From Candidatus Eiseniibacteriota bacterium (GTDB lineage Bacteria > Eisenbacteria > RBG-16-71-46): a DNA stretch of 64,000 bases. Within the stretch, counting starts at the first letter, position 1. The number at the start of each line of letters is the position of its first letter. The stretch covers positions 384,001-448,000 of the forward strand of contig CAVSAC010000012.1 in NCBI GenBank assembly GCA_963725865.1. Reading direction: 5' to 3'. Both the position numbers and the translations under genes were made by a program. This document shows, one piece after another, positions 52,043 through 61,244 of the stretch. Under the pieces are notes generated by a model that ran no database searches, was not told the origin of the DNA, and saw nothing but the letters and a program-made list of their open reading frames with translations.

Positions 52043-53962
52043 GTGGCCAAGCATCCCATCTCGAAACGAGGACCTCTCCTGCCTGAATGGTCATTCCAGC
52101 GCCGACTGATCACCGGTGTGATCGGGATCTGCCTGCTGGCGATCTTGACCAGCGCTGCGACTTTGTTCACTTCGCGGGTCCTGACCTCGAACCTGTCGCG
52201 GGTGGCTTCGGGCGTCGGCCGCGATCTCGGCGATGCGCGGGAGTTGCAGCTCATCGGTCTCAAGAGCATCGCGGACGCGCACGCGTGCCTGCTCACCGGT
52301 GGAGAGAAGTTCGCTCCCTCGGCCGAGGCTGGCAGCGTCCAAGTGCGGGAGATGGCCGCGCGGATGCAGGCGCAGCTCACGGACCCCCAGGGCCGCGCGC
52401 TCGTCGCACGGGTCCTGGCCGCCGAGGCTGCCCATCGGCTCGCGTTCACGCGCGCCCTCGCGGACGCCGGCACGCTTCGGGCCCGGTCACCGGTGCTCTA
52501 CCCCGAGGCGGTCCTGTCGCACGGGGAGGAGCTCGAGCAGGCGCTGGATGCCCTCGTGGCGCACGTCGAATCGGTCCGGCTGAGCAACCTCGCGCGTGCG
52601 AGGGCGGCCGTGGACCGCGCCGAGAACTTCCTCTCGATCATCGCCACCCTCACGATCCTGCTGCTGGTCGCGCTGTGCCTGTTCCTGATCGGCGGGCTCG
52701 GTCGGAGTTACCGGCGGCAGACGACCGCTCGCAGCCAGGCCGAGCTCGGTCACAGCCAGGCCAAGACGTCGCTGACGGAGGTGGAGGCAGCCAGCCACCT
52801 GAAGGACGAGTTCCTCGCGACGGTGTCGCACGAGCTCCGCAATCCACTCGCGCCCATCCTCACCTGGACCCAACTGCTCAGGAGCGGCACGCTCGATCCC
52901 GAGAAGACCAAGCGCGCGCTGGAGGTCATCGAGCGAAACGTCGTCTCCCAGGCCCAGCTCATCGACGACCTGGTGGATGTCTCGCGCGTGGTCTCCGGGA
53001 AGTTCCGGCTCGACGTGCGACCGATCGACCTGGTGCCGGTGATCAAGGCCGCCGCGGATTCGCAGGTTCCCGCGAGTGATGCCAAGCAGATCCGTCTGCA
53101 ACTCGTTCTCGACGAGCGGACCGGCCTGATCTCGGGAGATTCGGAGCGCCTCCAGCAGGTGATGTGGAACCTGATCTCCAACGCCATCAAGTTCACCCCC
53201 AAGGGCGGCCGGGTCCAGGTGGTGTTGCAGCGCGCGGAGTCGCATGTGGAGGTCGCGGTCAGCGACAGCGGCGTCGGCATCGACTCCGAGTTCCTGCCCC
53301 ACGTGTTCGAGCCGTTCCGGCAGGGCACCGCCGGGCCGATGCGACGCCATGGCGGGCTCGGTCTCGGGCTCTCGATCGTCCGCCACATCGTGGAATTGCA
53401 CGGAGGCGAGATCGTCGCTCAGAGCGACGGCCCGAACCTCGGTGCCAAGTTCACCGTCAAGTTCCCGCTCCTGGCGACGGCCCGCATGGTCGGCGAGCCG
53501 GTGCGCCGGCACCCGATCGCGCGCGACACGCTCACCGACCTCGACCTCGGGCGCCTGGAGGGGATCCGCGTGCTGATCGTGGAGGATGAGCCGAGTGCGA
53601 GCGAGGCGCTGCTGGAGCTGTTCAGTTCCTGCGGCGCCGAAGCGAGGAGCGCGGGATCGGCCCCCGAAGCGCTCCGGATGTTCGACGCCTGGCAGCCGGA
53701 CGTCCTGGTCTCCGACATCGCGATGCCCGGTGAAGACGGCTATTCGCTGATCCGCAAGATCCGGCTCCGCCCCCCCGAGCGCGGCGGCACCATCCCCGCA
53801 GTGGCGCTGACCGCCTACGCGAAGATCGAGGACCGCGTGACCATACTGGGCGCTGGCTTCCAGATGTACCTGTCGAAGCCGGCGGACCCGAATGAGTTGA
53901 TCGCGGTGGTGATCAGCCTCGCAATGCGCCCCGGACCGGCCGAGCACCGCGCGACCTCGTAG
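52043..53962 (+). CDS. Hybrid sensor histidine kinase/response regulator
   Basis: 2 TM, SHELRNPL, NLISNAIKF, GGLGLGL, C-terminal REC (SDIAMP). Confidence 0.93.
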   Translation: MAKHPISKRGPLLPEWSFQRRLITGVIGICLLAILTSAATLFTSRVLTSNLSRVASGVGRDLGDARELQLIGLKSIADAHACLLTGGEKFAPSAEAGSVQVREMAARMQAQLTDPQGRALVARVLAAEAAHRLAFTRALADAGTLRARSPVLYPEAVLSHGEELEQALDALVAHVESVRLSNLARARAAVDRAENFLSIIATLTILLLVALCLFLIGGLGRSYRRQTTARSQAELGHSQAKTSLTEVEAASHLKDEFLATVSHELRNPLAPILTWTQLLRSGTLDPEKTKRALEVIERNVVSQAQLIDDLVDVSRVVSGKFRLDVRPIDLVPVIKAAADSQVPASDAKQIRLQLVLDERTGLISGDSERLQQVMWNLISNAIKFTPKGGRVQVVLQRAESHVEVAVSDSGVGIDSEFLPHVFEPFRQGTAGPMRRHGGLGLGLSIVRHIVELHGGEIVAQSDGPNLGAKFTVKFPLLATARMVGEPVRRHPIARDTLTDLDLGRLEGIRVLIVEDEPSASEALLELFSSCGAEARSAGSAPEALRMFDAWQPDVLVSDIAMPGEDGYSLIRKIRLRPPERGGTIPAVALTAYAKIEDRVTILGAGFQMYLSKPADPNELIAVVISLAMRPGPAEHRATS

Positions 53963-54014
53963 CGTCCGGATCCCGCCCACGGACCCCGTCCCGCGGCCGG
54001 GATCCGAGCCTCCT

Positions 54015-54054
54015 CGGATTGAAGATCCGGCCTGGCATTTGAAGTTTCTGCCAC
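54015..54054 (+). promoter_or_regulatory. Tandem UAS (TTGAA x2; TTGAAGTTTCTGCCAC)
   Basis: Ends 98 nt before the sigma54 site at 54153. Confidence 0.65.
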
Positions 54055-54152
54055 CGCGCCGCACCGCGCATGGCCCCGCGGGGCGATGAGCATCGATCCC
54101 GACCACGAGCGGCCACAACGACCTGCAGCGGTTCGCAGCTGCGCTCACCTGC

Positions 54153-54167
54153 TGGCACTGATCGTGC
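54153..54167 (+). promoter_or_regulatory. Sigma54 promoter for the 54285-58296 gene run
   Basis: TGGCAC-TGATC-GTGC. Confidence 0.72.
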
Positions 54168-54284
54168 GATTCAAGTCACGCGAAGGAGCGCGCAGGCGCG
54201 GTCGGCCCGGCACGCTTCGAACCCCCACCACCACGCGGAATCGGGCCCCGCTGACACTTCCAGTCGGCCACAGAGGAGTCCCAT

Positions 54285-54857
54285 ATGACGGATTCGAAGC
54301 GCCGCACGGTCGCGGCGCGGCAGGTCCTGGCAGCACTCGCACTCGCCACGCTCGCGACCCTGAGCGCTGGGGTCGCCCGAGCGTTCGAGCTCATCCCTTC
54401 ACTCGGCGTCACGAAGTCCACCGACACGGATGCCGGCGACGCCAAGGCTTTCGGCGGGCTCGCGCTGCGCGCTCCGCTGCTCCCGTTCCTCAAGGTCGAG
54501 GCGGGGATCGGCTACCGGCAGGACTCGTTCGGCAGCGGCCAGTTCGAGGTGCGCCAGTGGCCGGTGACGGCTTCGCTCTGGGCCTCACCGCTCCCCATGG
54601 TGTACGCGGGCGGCGGTGTCGGCTGGTACCGGACGACGCTCGACTTCCGCAGCGATGTGCCGTTCAAGGACACCACCACGCAGAAGATGGGGGTTCATCT
54701 CGGGGGCGGCGCCGACGTACCGATCGCGCCCAAGCTCGCTCTCGATCTGAACGGTCGGTACATCTTCATGCAGAAGGACAACAACAGTCTCGAAGTGCCG
54801 ACGACATTCAACCCTGACTACTGGACCCTCGCGCTCGGACTTGCCATCAAGTTCTAG
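54285..54857 (+). CDS. Outer-membrane beta-barrel protein (paralog of 9364-9951)
   Basis: WPVTASLW, YAGGGVG, F.PD.W, C-terminal GLAIKF. Confidence 0.85.
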   Translation: MTDSKRRTVAARQVLAALALATLATLSAGVARAFELIPSLGVTKSTDTDAGDAKAFGGLALRAPLLPFLKVEAGIGYRQDSFGSGQFEVRQWPVTASLWASPLPMVYAGGGVGWYRTTLDFRSDVPFKDTTTQKMGVHLGGGADVPIAPKLALDLNGRYIFMQKDNNSLEVPTTFNPDYWTLALGLAIKF

Positions 54858-54886
54858 GGCCACGGGTATCGAGAGGAGCAAGCCAC

Positions 54887-55540
54887 ATGCATCATCCTGG
54901 ACGCAACACTCTGGCATCGGTCGTCACGCTCGCCGTCACACTCGCCGCCGGGACCTGGCTGCTGAGCGGCTGCAACGAGACGAGCGCGGTCGCAAAGGAC
55001 GCGAACGCGTCGGCTGGCAAGTACCGCTCGGCCTCGTCCCACACCCTGCAGTCGGGCACCCGGATCAACGTGACCCTCGGCAGCAGCATCTCGTCCGAGA
55101 CCGCCAACGTCGGCAGTGCCTGGCACGGAACGGTGACGGAGAACGTGTCGACGCAGAACGGGGGCATGATCCCGGCCGGCAGCCAGGTGGATGGAGTCGT
55201 CGCGGGTGTGCTCGCGGCCCGGCGCGGCTCGCGGGCCATGCTCGAGCTCGGCGTGCGGAGCATCCGCGTGGACGGTCGTGACGAGTCGATCGCCGCGAGG
55301 TCCGAACCGGTGATCGCGGGCTCGCCTCGCGCTCGCAACCTGGGCGCCGTCGCGGGCGGTGCCGCCGCCGGCGCGCTGATCGGCAAGGTCGTCGGTGACG
55401 GCAAGAACGCCGCAGTCGGCGGCCTCATCGGCGGCGCCGCCGCAGCGGGTGTCGTGGCCGGATCGAAGGGCTACCAGGTCGTGCTGCCCGACGGCGCGGT
55501 CATGAGCTTCACCGTCGATCAGACCGTCGCATTGCGATAG
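54887..55540 (+). CDS. Glycine-zipper lipoprotein
   Basis: Lipobox LSGC; GGAAAGALIG...GGLIGGAAAAG. Confidence 0.8.
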   Translation: MHHPGRNTLASVVTLAVTLAAGTWLLSGCNETSAVAKDANASAGKYRSASSHTLQSGTRINVTLGSSISSETANVGSAWHGTVTENVSTQNGGMIPAGSQVDGVVAGVLAARRGSRAMLELGVRSIRVDGRDESIAARSEPVIAGSPRARNLGAVAGGAAAGALIGKVVGDGKNAAVGGLIGGAAAAGVVAGSKGYQVVLPDGAVMSFTVDQTVALR

Positions 55541-55546
55541 GAGGTG

Positions 55547-55571
55547 GGCGGTCCCGGTCCTCGGGACCGCC
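55547..55571 (+). other. Intergenic 10-bp hairpin
   Basis: GGCGGTCCCG-gtcct-CGGGACCGCC; no T-run. Confidence 0.5.
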
Positions 55572-55591
55572 TCTCCGGAAGGAGGCAGGAG

Positions 55592-55741
55592 ATGTTGTGG
55601 ACCATCGCGGTCGTGCTCGTCGTGCTCTGGCTCCTCGGTCTGGTGACGTCCTACACGATGGGCGGATTCATCCACGTGCTGCTCGTCGTCGCCATCATCG
55701 TCGTGCTGATCCGGGTCATCCAGGGTCGCCGGGTGCTCTGA
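55592..55741 (+). CDS. lmo0937-family membrane protein (copy 2)
   Basis: MLWTIAVVLVVLWLLG...GGFIHVLL...IQGRR. Confidence 0.9.
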   Translation: MLWTIAVVLVVLWLLGLVTSYTMGGFIHVLLVVAIIVVLIRVIQGRRVL

Positions 55742-55769
55742 ACGTGCGGCGCCGAAAGGAAAGTGTGCA

Positions 55770-55985
55770 ATGAAGGCTCTTGGCTTCGTGCTCCTGGTAC
55801 TCGGCATCCTCGCCCTCGTGTACGGAGGGATCAGCTACAGCCGCCAGCGGACCGTGATCGACATGGGACCGATCCAGGCGACCGCGACGGAACAGCACAA
55901 CATCCCGCTCTCGCCGATCGTGGGGGGCGTCGCGATCATCGGCGGCCTGCTGCTCCTGCTCGTGCCACGGCGTCGGATGGCATGA
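55770..55985 (+). CDS. DUF3185-like small 2-TM protein
   Basis: MKALGFVLLVLG..GISYS...IDMGPIQA...IPLSPIVGG. Confidence 0.8.
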   Translation: MKALGFVLLVLGILALVYGGISYSRQRTVIDMGPIQATATEQHNIPLSPIVGGVAIIGGLLLLLVPRRRMA

Positions 55986-56063
55986 CGGCGCGACTGCCCG
56001 CAGCGAACACAGCGCCGGCGAACGACGTCGTCGCGCTTCGTGCAGTACGCGTGGAGGTATGAG

Positions 56064-56465
56064 ATGAGACTGTTTCCGCGACCGCTTCGCTCCTGGACCG
56101 TGCTCCTCGTGATCCTGTGCATGAGTGCGATGGACTTCGCTCCGGCCCTGGCCGGCCTGGCGCCTTCGCGCAGCTCGGGTGAGACGAGCATCGCCTCCGC
56201 ACGCGACGCCGACATGCTGATGGCGCAGCGCGTGCTCGAGAACAAGGTCGTCGCGCAGAAGCTGCGCGACTACGGCGTAGCGCCCACCGATGCGCAGGCG
56301 CGGCTCGCCAGCATGTCCGATCAGGACCTGCACACGCTGGCCAGCGCCTCGAAGGGCCTACCGAGCGGCGGCGACGCGACCGGTGCCATCATCGGCGTGC
56401 TGGTGGTGGTCATTCTGGTCATCGTCATCCTCAGGCTGATGCACCGCGACGTGATCCTGCGGTGA
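56064..56465 (+). CDS. PA2779-family protein
   Basis: Signal peptide, QKLRDYGV...ARLASMSDQDL, PSGG followed by a C-terminal hydrophobic helix. Confidence 0.8.
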   Translation: MRLFPRPLRSWTVLLVILCMSAMDFAPALAGLAPSRSSGETSIASARDADMLMAQRVLENKVVAQKLRDYGVAPTDAQARLASMSDQDLHTLASASKGLPSGGDATGAIIGVLVVVILVIVILRLMHRDVILR

Positions 56466-56517
56466 CGCGCAAGAGGCGCGTTGCACCGACACGGCCGGAG
56501 CATCGAGGAGCCCGGTT

Positions 56518-57336
56518 ATGATCTGCCTGCTTGCCGCGCTACTACTGCCGCTGCATTTCACAGCGCCCGCGGATACACTCGGGGCGGACATGGCGGGTCG
56601 GGTGGAGGTATCGCCCGGCCCGGTCCATGCGTACGTGTTCTACCGGTTCGACACAGGCGGGACCATGGTCCGGATCCCGGGTTACGCCGACTCGGCCGGG
56701 AGTTCGCTCCTGGTGCCCCATGCGCCGGGGACACGCGAGATGGTCTGGCTCGCGCCCGGCGCGACCGCGACGACGATCTACATGGTGTCATTGGACGCCC
56801 GCGGCAACCAGAGTGCGCCGAGCAACGGCTGCGTGCTCGTGGGCCGTCCCGCGCCCTCGTTGGCCGCGATGCGTCGTGCCAGCCAGACCACGCTCGCCGT
56901 GCCGATCGTCAGGCAGGCGCGCGAGCGCTGCGGGCAGGCGGCGCTCGCGATGGTGCTGCGCTACTACGGCGCCGCGCCCGCCGCGCTTCGTGAGGTGGAC
57001 GGCGCCTACGATCCCGTCCTCCACGGCTCGCTCATCACCGATCTCGCCGGCGCCGCGCGCCGAGCAGGCTACGCGGCGGACGTCGCGACGCTCACCCCCG
57101 ATTCGTTGCTCGACCTCCTGAACGCCGGCGTACCCCCCATCCTGCTCTACCAGAACGGTTCGGGACCCTTCACCGTCCGACACTTCGGGGTCGTCACCGG
57201 ATGGGACGCCACCCACTCCACCTTCACACTTCAGGACGGCACGGCGCGTCCGCGCGTGACGCCGCGCGACGACCTCGTGAAGCGGTGGGAGACGGCCGGC
57301 TCGCAGGCGCTGATCGTTCGGGAGCGGCAGCCATGA
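56518..57336 (+). CDS. C39-like cysteine peptidase (PA2778-like) with N-terminal Fn3-like domain
   Basis: Q..ERCGQAALAMVLRYYG (Cys), RHFGVVTG (His), LQDG (Asp). Confidence 0.8.
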   Translation: MICLLAALLLPLHFTAPADTLGADMAGRVEVSPGPVHAYVFYRFDTGGTMVRIPGYADSAGSSLLVPHAPGTREMVWLAPGATATTIYMVSLDARGNQSAPSNGCVLVGRPAPSLAAMRRASQTTLAVPIVRQARERCGQAALAMVLRYYGAAPAALREVDGAYDPVLHGSLITDLAGAARRAGYAADVATLTPDSLLDLLNAGVPPILLYQNGSGPFTVRHFGVVTGWDATHSTFTLQDGTARPRVTPRDDLVKRWETAGSQALIVRERQP

Positions 57337-57797
57337 TCGCCCGCTCGGCACGCGCCGGCCTGATCGCCGCGGCGCTCGCGGCGACGATCGCGCTCGGGGG
57401 CTGCGCCCATCTCGTGGTGTTGCGTGACCCCCTCACGGCGAGCGAGCACAACGACCTCGGCGTCGCCTACGAGGCGAGCGGGCAGACCGCCCTCGCGGCG
57501 AAGGAGTATCGCAGCGCCCTGCGACTCGATCCCCATCAGAGCCGTGCCCGGGTCAATCTGGGCAACGTGCAGGCCGCCGAGGGGCGCTGGCGCGCCGCGG
57601 AGAAGTCCTACCGCCAGGCACTCCGCGATACGCCTGCCGACCCGGATGCCATGAACAACCTCGCGGTCGCCCTGCTGCGGCAGGGCCGGGCGCCGGAGGA
57701 GGCGCGCTCGCTGGCCGAGCGCGCGGTGGCCGTGGGTGGGGCGCGGGATTCGGTCTACCGGGCCACGCTCGACGAGGTGGATCGAGGTGGGCGATGA
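57333..57797 (+). CDS. TPR lipoprotein
   Basis: Lipobox LGGC; HNDLGVAY, VNLGNV, MNNLAVA; ATGA overlap with the peptidase. Confidence 0.85.
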   Translation: MIARSARAGLIAAALAATIALGGCAHLVVLRDPLTASEHNDLGVAYEASGQTALAAKEYRSALRLDPHQSRARVNLGNVQAAEGRWRAAEKSYRQALRDTPADPDAMNNLAVALLRQGRAPEEARSLAERAVAVGGARDSVYRATLDEVDRGGR

Positions 57798-57891
57798 GTG
57801 GCGAGCCGCGGAGCCGGGCGCGCGTCCGAGCGACTCGCGACGACGTCGTCCGCAAGGCGACCAGCGTCCATCCCGACGAGGAACGGAGTCG

Positions 57892-58296
57892 ATGAACACT
57901 GCACGAGCGACCCAGGTGACCCACGTCCTGCTTCGAGCCGTCGCCGGCGTGATGATCCTCCAGCATGGAGGCCAGAAGCTGTTCGGCTGGTTCGGCGGCG
58001 GGGGCTCGGTGCCGGGCGCCACGGTTCCGTTGATGTCCCAATTGGGGCTCGGCGCCGTCCTCGAGCTGATCGGCGGGATCGCGATCGCGCTCGGCCTTTT
58101 CACCCGGCCGGTGGCATTCATCCTCTCGGGCGAGATGGCGGTGGCCTACTTCCAGATGCACCAGCCCCACGGCGCGTGGCCGATCCAGAACCATGGCGAG
58201 CTCGCCGCGCTGTATTCGTTCGTCTTCCTGTTCCTCGCGGCCCACGGCGCCGGGGGCTTCAGCCTGGACGGCATGCGGCGACGCACCCGGAGCTGA
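57892..58296 (+). CDS. DoxX-family membrane protein
   Basis: HGGQKLFG, ELIGG, GLFTR, GEMAVAYF, GAGGFSLD. Confidence 0.9.
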   Translation: MNTARATQVTHVLLRAVAGVMILQHGGQKLFGWFGGGGSVPGATVPLMSQLGLGAVLELIGGIAIALGLFTRPVAFILSGEMAVAYFQMHQPHGAWPIQNHGELAALYSFVFLFLAAHGAGGFSLDGMRRRTRS

Positions 58297-58326
58297 ATCG
58301 CACTCCCCTCGCGATCCACAAACGCC

Positions 58327-58356
58327 CGAGGCGGCGTCCTTGCGGACGCCGCCTCG
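58327..58356. terminator. Hairpin between convergent doxX and csp
   Basis: CGAGGCGGCGTCC-ttgc-GGACGCCGCCTCG. Confidence 0.65.
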
Positions 58357-58382
58357 ATTGGCGTGAGGTGGTACCTCGTGCG

Positions 58383-58586
58383 TTAGGCCTTGCGGACGTT
58401 CGCGGCCTGCAGCCCCTTCGGACCGCGGGTCACGTCGAACTCCAACGACTCACCCTCGGCGAGCGTCTTGAAGCCGTCGCCGGCGATGGCCGAGAAGTGA
58501 ACGAACACGTCCTCGCCACCGTCCGCCTGCGTGATGAAACCAAAGCCCTTCGCCTCGTTGAACCACTTCACCGTGCCACGAGCCAC
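58383..58586 (-). CDS. cspA: Cold-shock protein (copy 2)
   Basis: Near-identical to 31188-31391 (4 aa differences). Confidence 0.97.
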   Translation of the reverse strand: MARGTVKWFNEAKGFGFITQADGGEDVFVHFSAIAGDGFKTLAEGESLEFDVTRGPKGLQAANVRKA

Positions 58587-58770
58587 TTGAAACTCCTGTT
58601 GTATCCGGGTCCGAGGACCCGCACTTGCCGCGATATCACGCTGCGGCCGCGTCCGGTCGCTGTGACCGTTGCCTCGATCGGCGGGAATGGCCGTCTAACA
58701 AAAACCCGCCAGAAGAGTCTCTGGCGGATCTGAACGTCGACGACTCATCCACACACAACCGAAGACGAAC
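58587..58770 (-). ncRNA. Conserved structured csp leader with internal terminator (58700-58727)
   Basis: CCGCCAGAG-actc-TTCTGGCGG-GTTTTT; homologous to 31392-31580. Confidence 0.65.
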
Positions 58771-58941
58771 GCAGTATCGGGCAGCGGGGCGCGGAATGAT
58801 AGTGAATTCGTGGTCAACCGTCCGCGACCCGCAAAGTCCGCGAATTCGCCAATGAAAGCGCACTTCTTGCCCCCGCCGGAGGCCCGGCCGGGCGGCCCGA
58901 TCCGCCCCCCGAAGAGCCCCTGGGCCGCGGCCGGGCCGGCC

Positions 58942-60138
58942 TCAGTCGATGTCGGTCCAGGCCGGCAGCGCGGAGCGGATGGTGCCGAATGCGAAGCTCG
59001 CGGACAGGCCGCCGCCGAAGCCGAACAGGCCGAACCGCCGCCCGGGCAGCAGCTCGCCCGGGTTCAGCGCGAGCGCCAGCGGGATCGAGGCGCTGGTGGT
59101 GTTGCCGAAGCGGCCGCCGGCATCCAGCACCCGCCCGCGGAATCCCCGCTCGCTCCACATCTTCACGATCGATGCGTTGAGGGAGAGGTTGGCCTCGTGC
59201 AGGGTGACGAGGTCGAGGTCCTCGAGGCGCCAGCCGGCCTTGGCGAGCGCCGCGTCCGTCGCGGGTCCGCCGGTGAACGGCACCAGCACGCTGCGCACCG
59301 CGGCGCCGTCCATCGCGAGCCGGTGCCGGCCGGCCGCGGTCTCCTGCGGCGTCGGCGTGGGCCGGCGCGAGCCACCGGCCGGCGTGAGGATGATGTCCCC
59401 CCGCCCGCCGTCGAGCCAGCTCCAGAACTGCTGCGGCGCGAACCAGTCCTCGGCGGCAGGCACGGCGACGCACAGCATCGCGGTGCCGGCGTCGCCGAGC
59501 ACGGTGGCGAAGCTGCGGTCGCGCCAGTTGATCGTGGCGCTCATGCGGTCGGCGCCCACCAGCAGGATGCGGCGCGCCATCCCGGAGCGGATGAGCGAGT
59601 AGCAGAGCATCAGCGCGGTCACCCAGCTGCTGCACGCCAGCGACACGTCGGCGCCCTTCAGCTCGCGGGGCGCGGGACCCGACCACACCGGGATGCCGAG
59701 CGCGTGCTGGAGCAGTGCCGCGTCCGGGGGGCTGTAGAGGTAGGACGGCGTGACGCTGGCGAACATGATCGCGTCGATGTCGCCGGGGTCGGTGCCCGAG
59801 CGCTCGAGCAACAGCCGGGCGGCACCCGTGGCGAGATCGATGGTGCCCTCGTCCTCGTGGCAGAAGCGCCGCTCGGTGAAGCCGATGAACCGGCGCACCC
59901 AGCGATCGCTGGTCTCGAAGAGCTTGGCCTCCTCGGGGCTCAGCACGGCATTGCCGGCGAGCCGGGTCCGCATGCGTTCGAGCCGCAGGCGGGCCGCGAC
60001 GCGGGCATTGCTCCAGACGTTCCGGGGCGCATGCGCCGCGACACCCGCGAGCCGCATGCCATGGAGAACCGAACTCAACCGCTCCTCCCTATGGAGTGCC
60101 TTCATTGCTGGATCATCGCTGTCGACGGAACGCACCAT
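58942..60138 (-). CDS. fabH: 3-oxoacyl-ACP synthase III family protein
   Basis: Catalytic LACSS, LHEAN, GNTTSAS; GDAG, GFGGG; start uncertain. Confidence 0.8.
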   Translation of the reverse strand: MVRSVDSDDPAMKALHREERLSSVLHGMRLAGVAAHAPRNVWSNARVAARLRLERMRTRLAGNAVLSPEEAKLFETSDRWVRRFIGFTERRFCHEDEGTIDLATGAARLLLERSGTDPGDIDAIMFASVTPSYLYSPPDAALLQHALGIPVWSGPAPRELKGADVSLACSSWVTALMLCYSLIRSGMARRILLVGADRMSATINWRDRSFATVLGDAGTAMLCVAVPAAEDWFAPQQFWSWLDGGRGDIILTPAGGSRRPTPTPQETAAGRHRLAMDGAAVRSVLVPFTGGPATDAALAKAGWRLEDLDLVTLHEANLSLNASIVKMWSERGFRGRVLDAGGRFGNTTSASIPLALALNPGELLPGRRFGLFGFGGGLSASFAFGTIRSALPAWTDID

Positions 60139-60308
60139 ATCGCTCGGGCGGGCAGTCGTTCAACCCGGACCTCGGGCCCGCGGGTTTCGCGGCTGCGGAC
60201 GCCTCTCGCCCGACCGCGCGGGCCCGCGCTTCCCAACCGTTCCCGCCTCGGGCATGCTGCCGCCATGACCGTGGTCCCCGCATCGGCCGCTCGCCCGTCG
60301 CCCGCCGC

Positions 60309-61184
60309 ATGACGGCGCTCCGCGTCGGCCTGGTCGGCGCCGGGCCCTGGGCCGAGAAGGCGTACGCGCCGATGCTCGCCGCCGGGCCCGAGACCCGGCT
60401 CGCGTGCGTGTGGTCGCGGCGCCCGGCGGCGGCGGCGGCGCTCGCGGCCGCGCACGGGAGCGCCGCCGCCGAGTCGTTCGAGGCGCTGCTGGAGCGTTGC
60501 GAGGCGGTGGCGTTCGCGGTGCCGCCCGACGTGCAGGCGGTGCTCGCGGTCCAGGCGGCCCGCGCGGGCCGGCACCTGATGCTCGACAAGCCGCTCGCGC
60601 TCACGCTCGAGCCGGCTCGCGCGCTGGTGCGCGCGGTGGAGCAGGCCGGCGTGGTGACGCAGCTCATGCTCACCCAGCGCTATCGGCCGGCGACGCAGGC
60701 GTTCCTCGACGCGGCGCGCGGGTTCGCGACGATCGGGGCGCGACTCGCGTTCCTCTCGGGCGCGTTCGTGCGCGGGCCCTACGCCAACGCGTGGCGGATC
60801 GAGCACGGGGCGCTGCACGATCTCGGCCCCCACGCGTTCGACCTGCTCGAGGCGGCGGTGGGGCCGATCGAGCAGGTGGTCGGGCGCGGCGATCCGCGCC
60901 GCTGGGTGGCGCTCACCTGCCGGCACGCGGGCGGTGCGGTGAGCGAGCTGGCGATGTCGGGCGTGATGCAGCTGCCGCAGTCGGTGTTCCGGCTCGAGCT
61001 GTACGGGCCCGCCGGTGCGCTGGAGTTCGACGGCGTGGCGGCGGCCGCGCAGGCGGAGCCCTGGTCGCTCGCGCGGCGCACGTTCGCGGACGCGGTGCGC
61101 GCGGGCCGCTCGCCGGCGCTCGACGTGCACCGCGGGCTGATGCTGCAGGAGCTGATCGACCGCTCGCTGCGGGCGCTCGCCTAG
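60309..61184 (+). CDS. Gfo/Idh/MocA oxidoreductase
   Basis: VGLVGAG, AVPPDVQ, LDKPLA, GALHDLGPHAFD. Confidence 0.88.
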   Translation: MTALRVGLVGAGPWAEKAYAPMLAAGPETRLACVWSRRPAAAAALAAAHGSAAAESFEALLERCEAVAFAVPPDVQAVLAVQAARAGRHLMLDKPLALTLEPARALVRAVEQAGVVTQLMLTQRYRPATQAFLDAARGFATIGARLAFLSGAFVRGPYANAWRIEHGALHDLGPHAFDLLEAAVGPIEQVVGRGDPRRWVALTCRHAGGAVSELAMSGVMQLPQSVFRLELYGPAGALEFDGVAAAAQAEPWSLARRTFADAVRAGRSPALDVHRGLMLQELIDRSLRALA

Positions 61185-61244
61185 GGCGCGACGGCCCGCC
61201 GCCGAGTCGCGCGCCGCGCCGCGGGGGCGATCGCGATCACGCCG

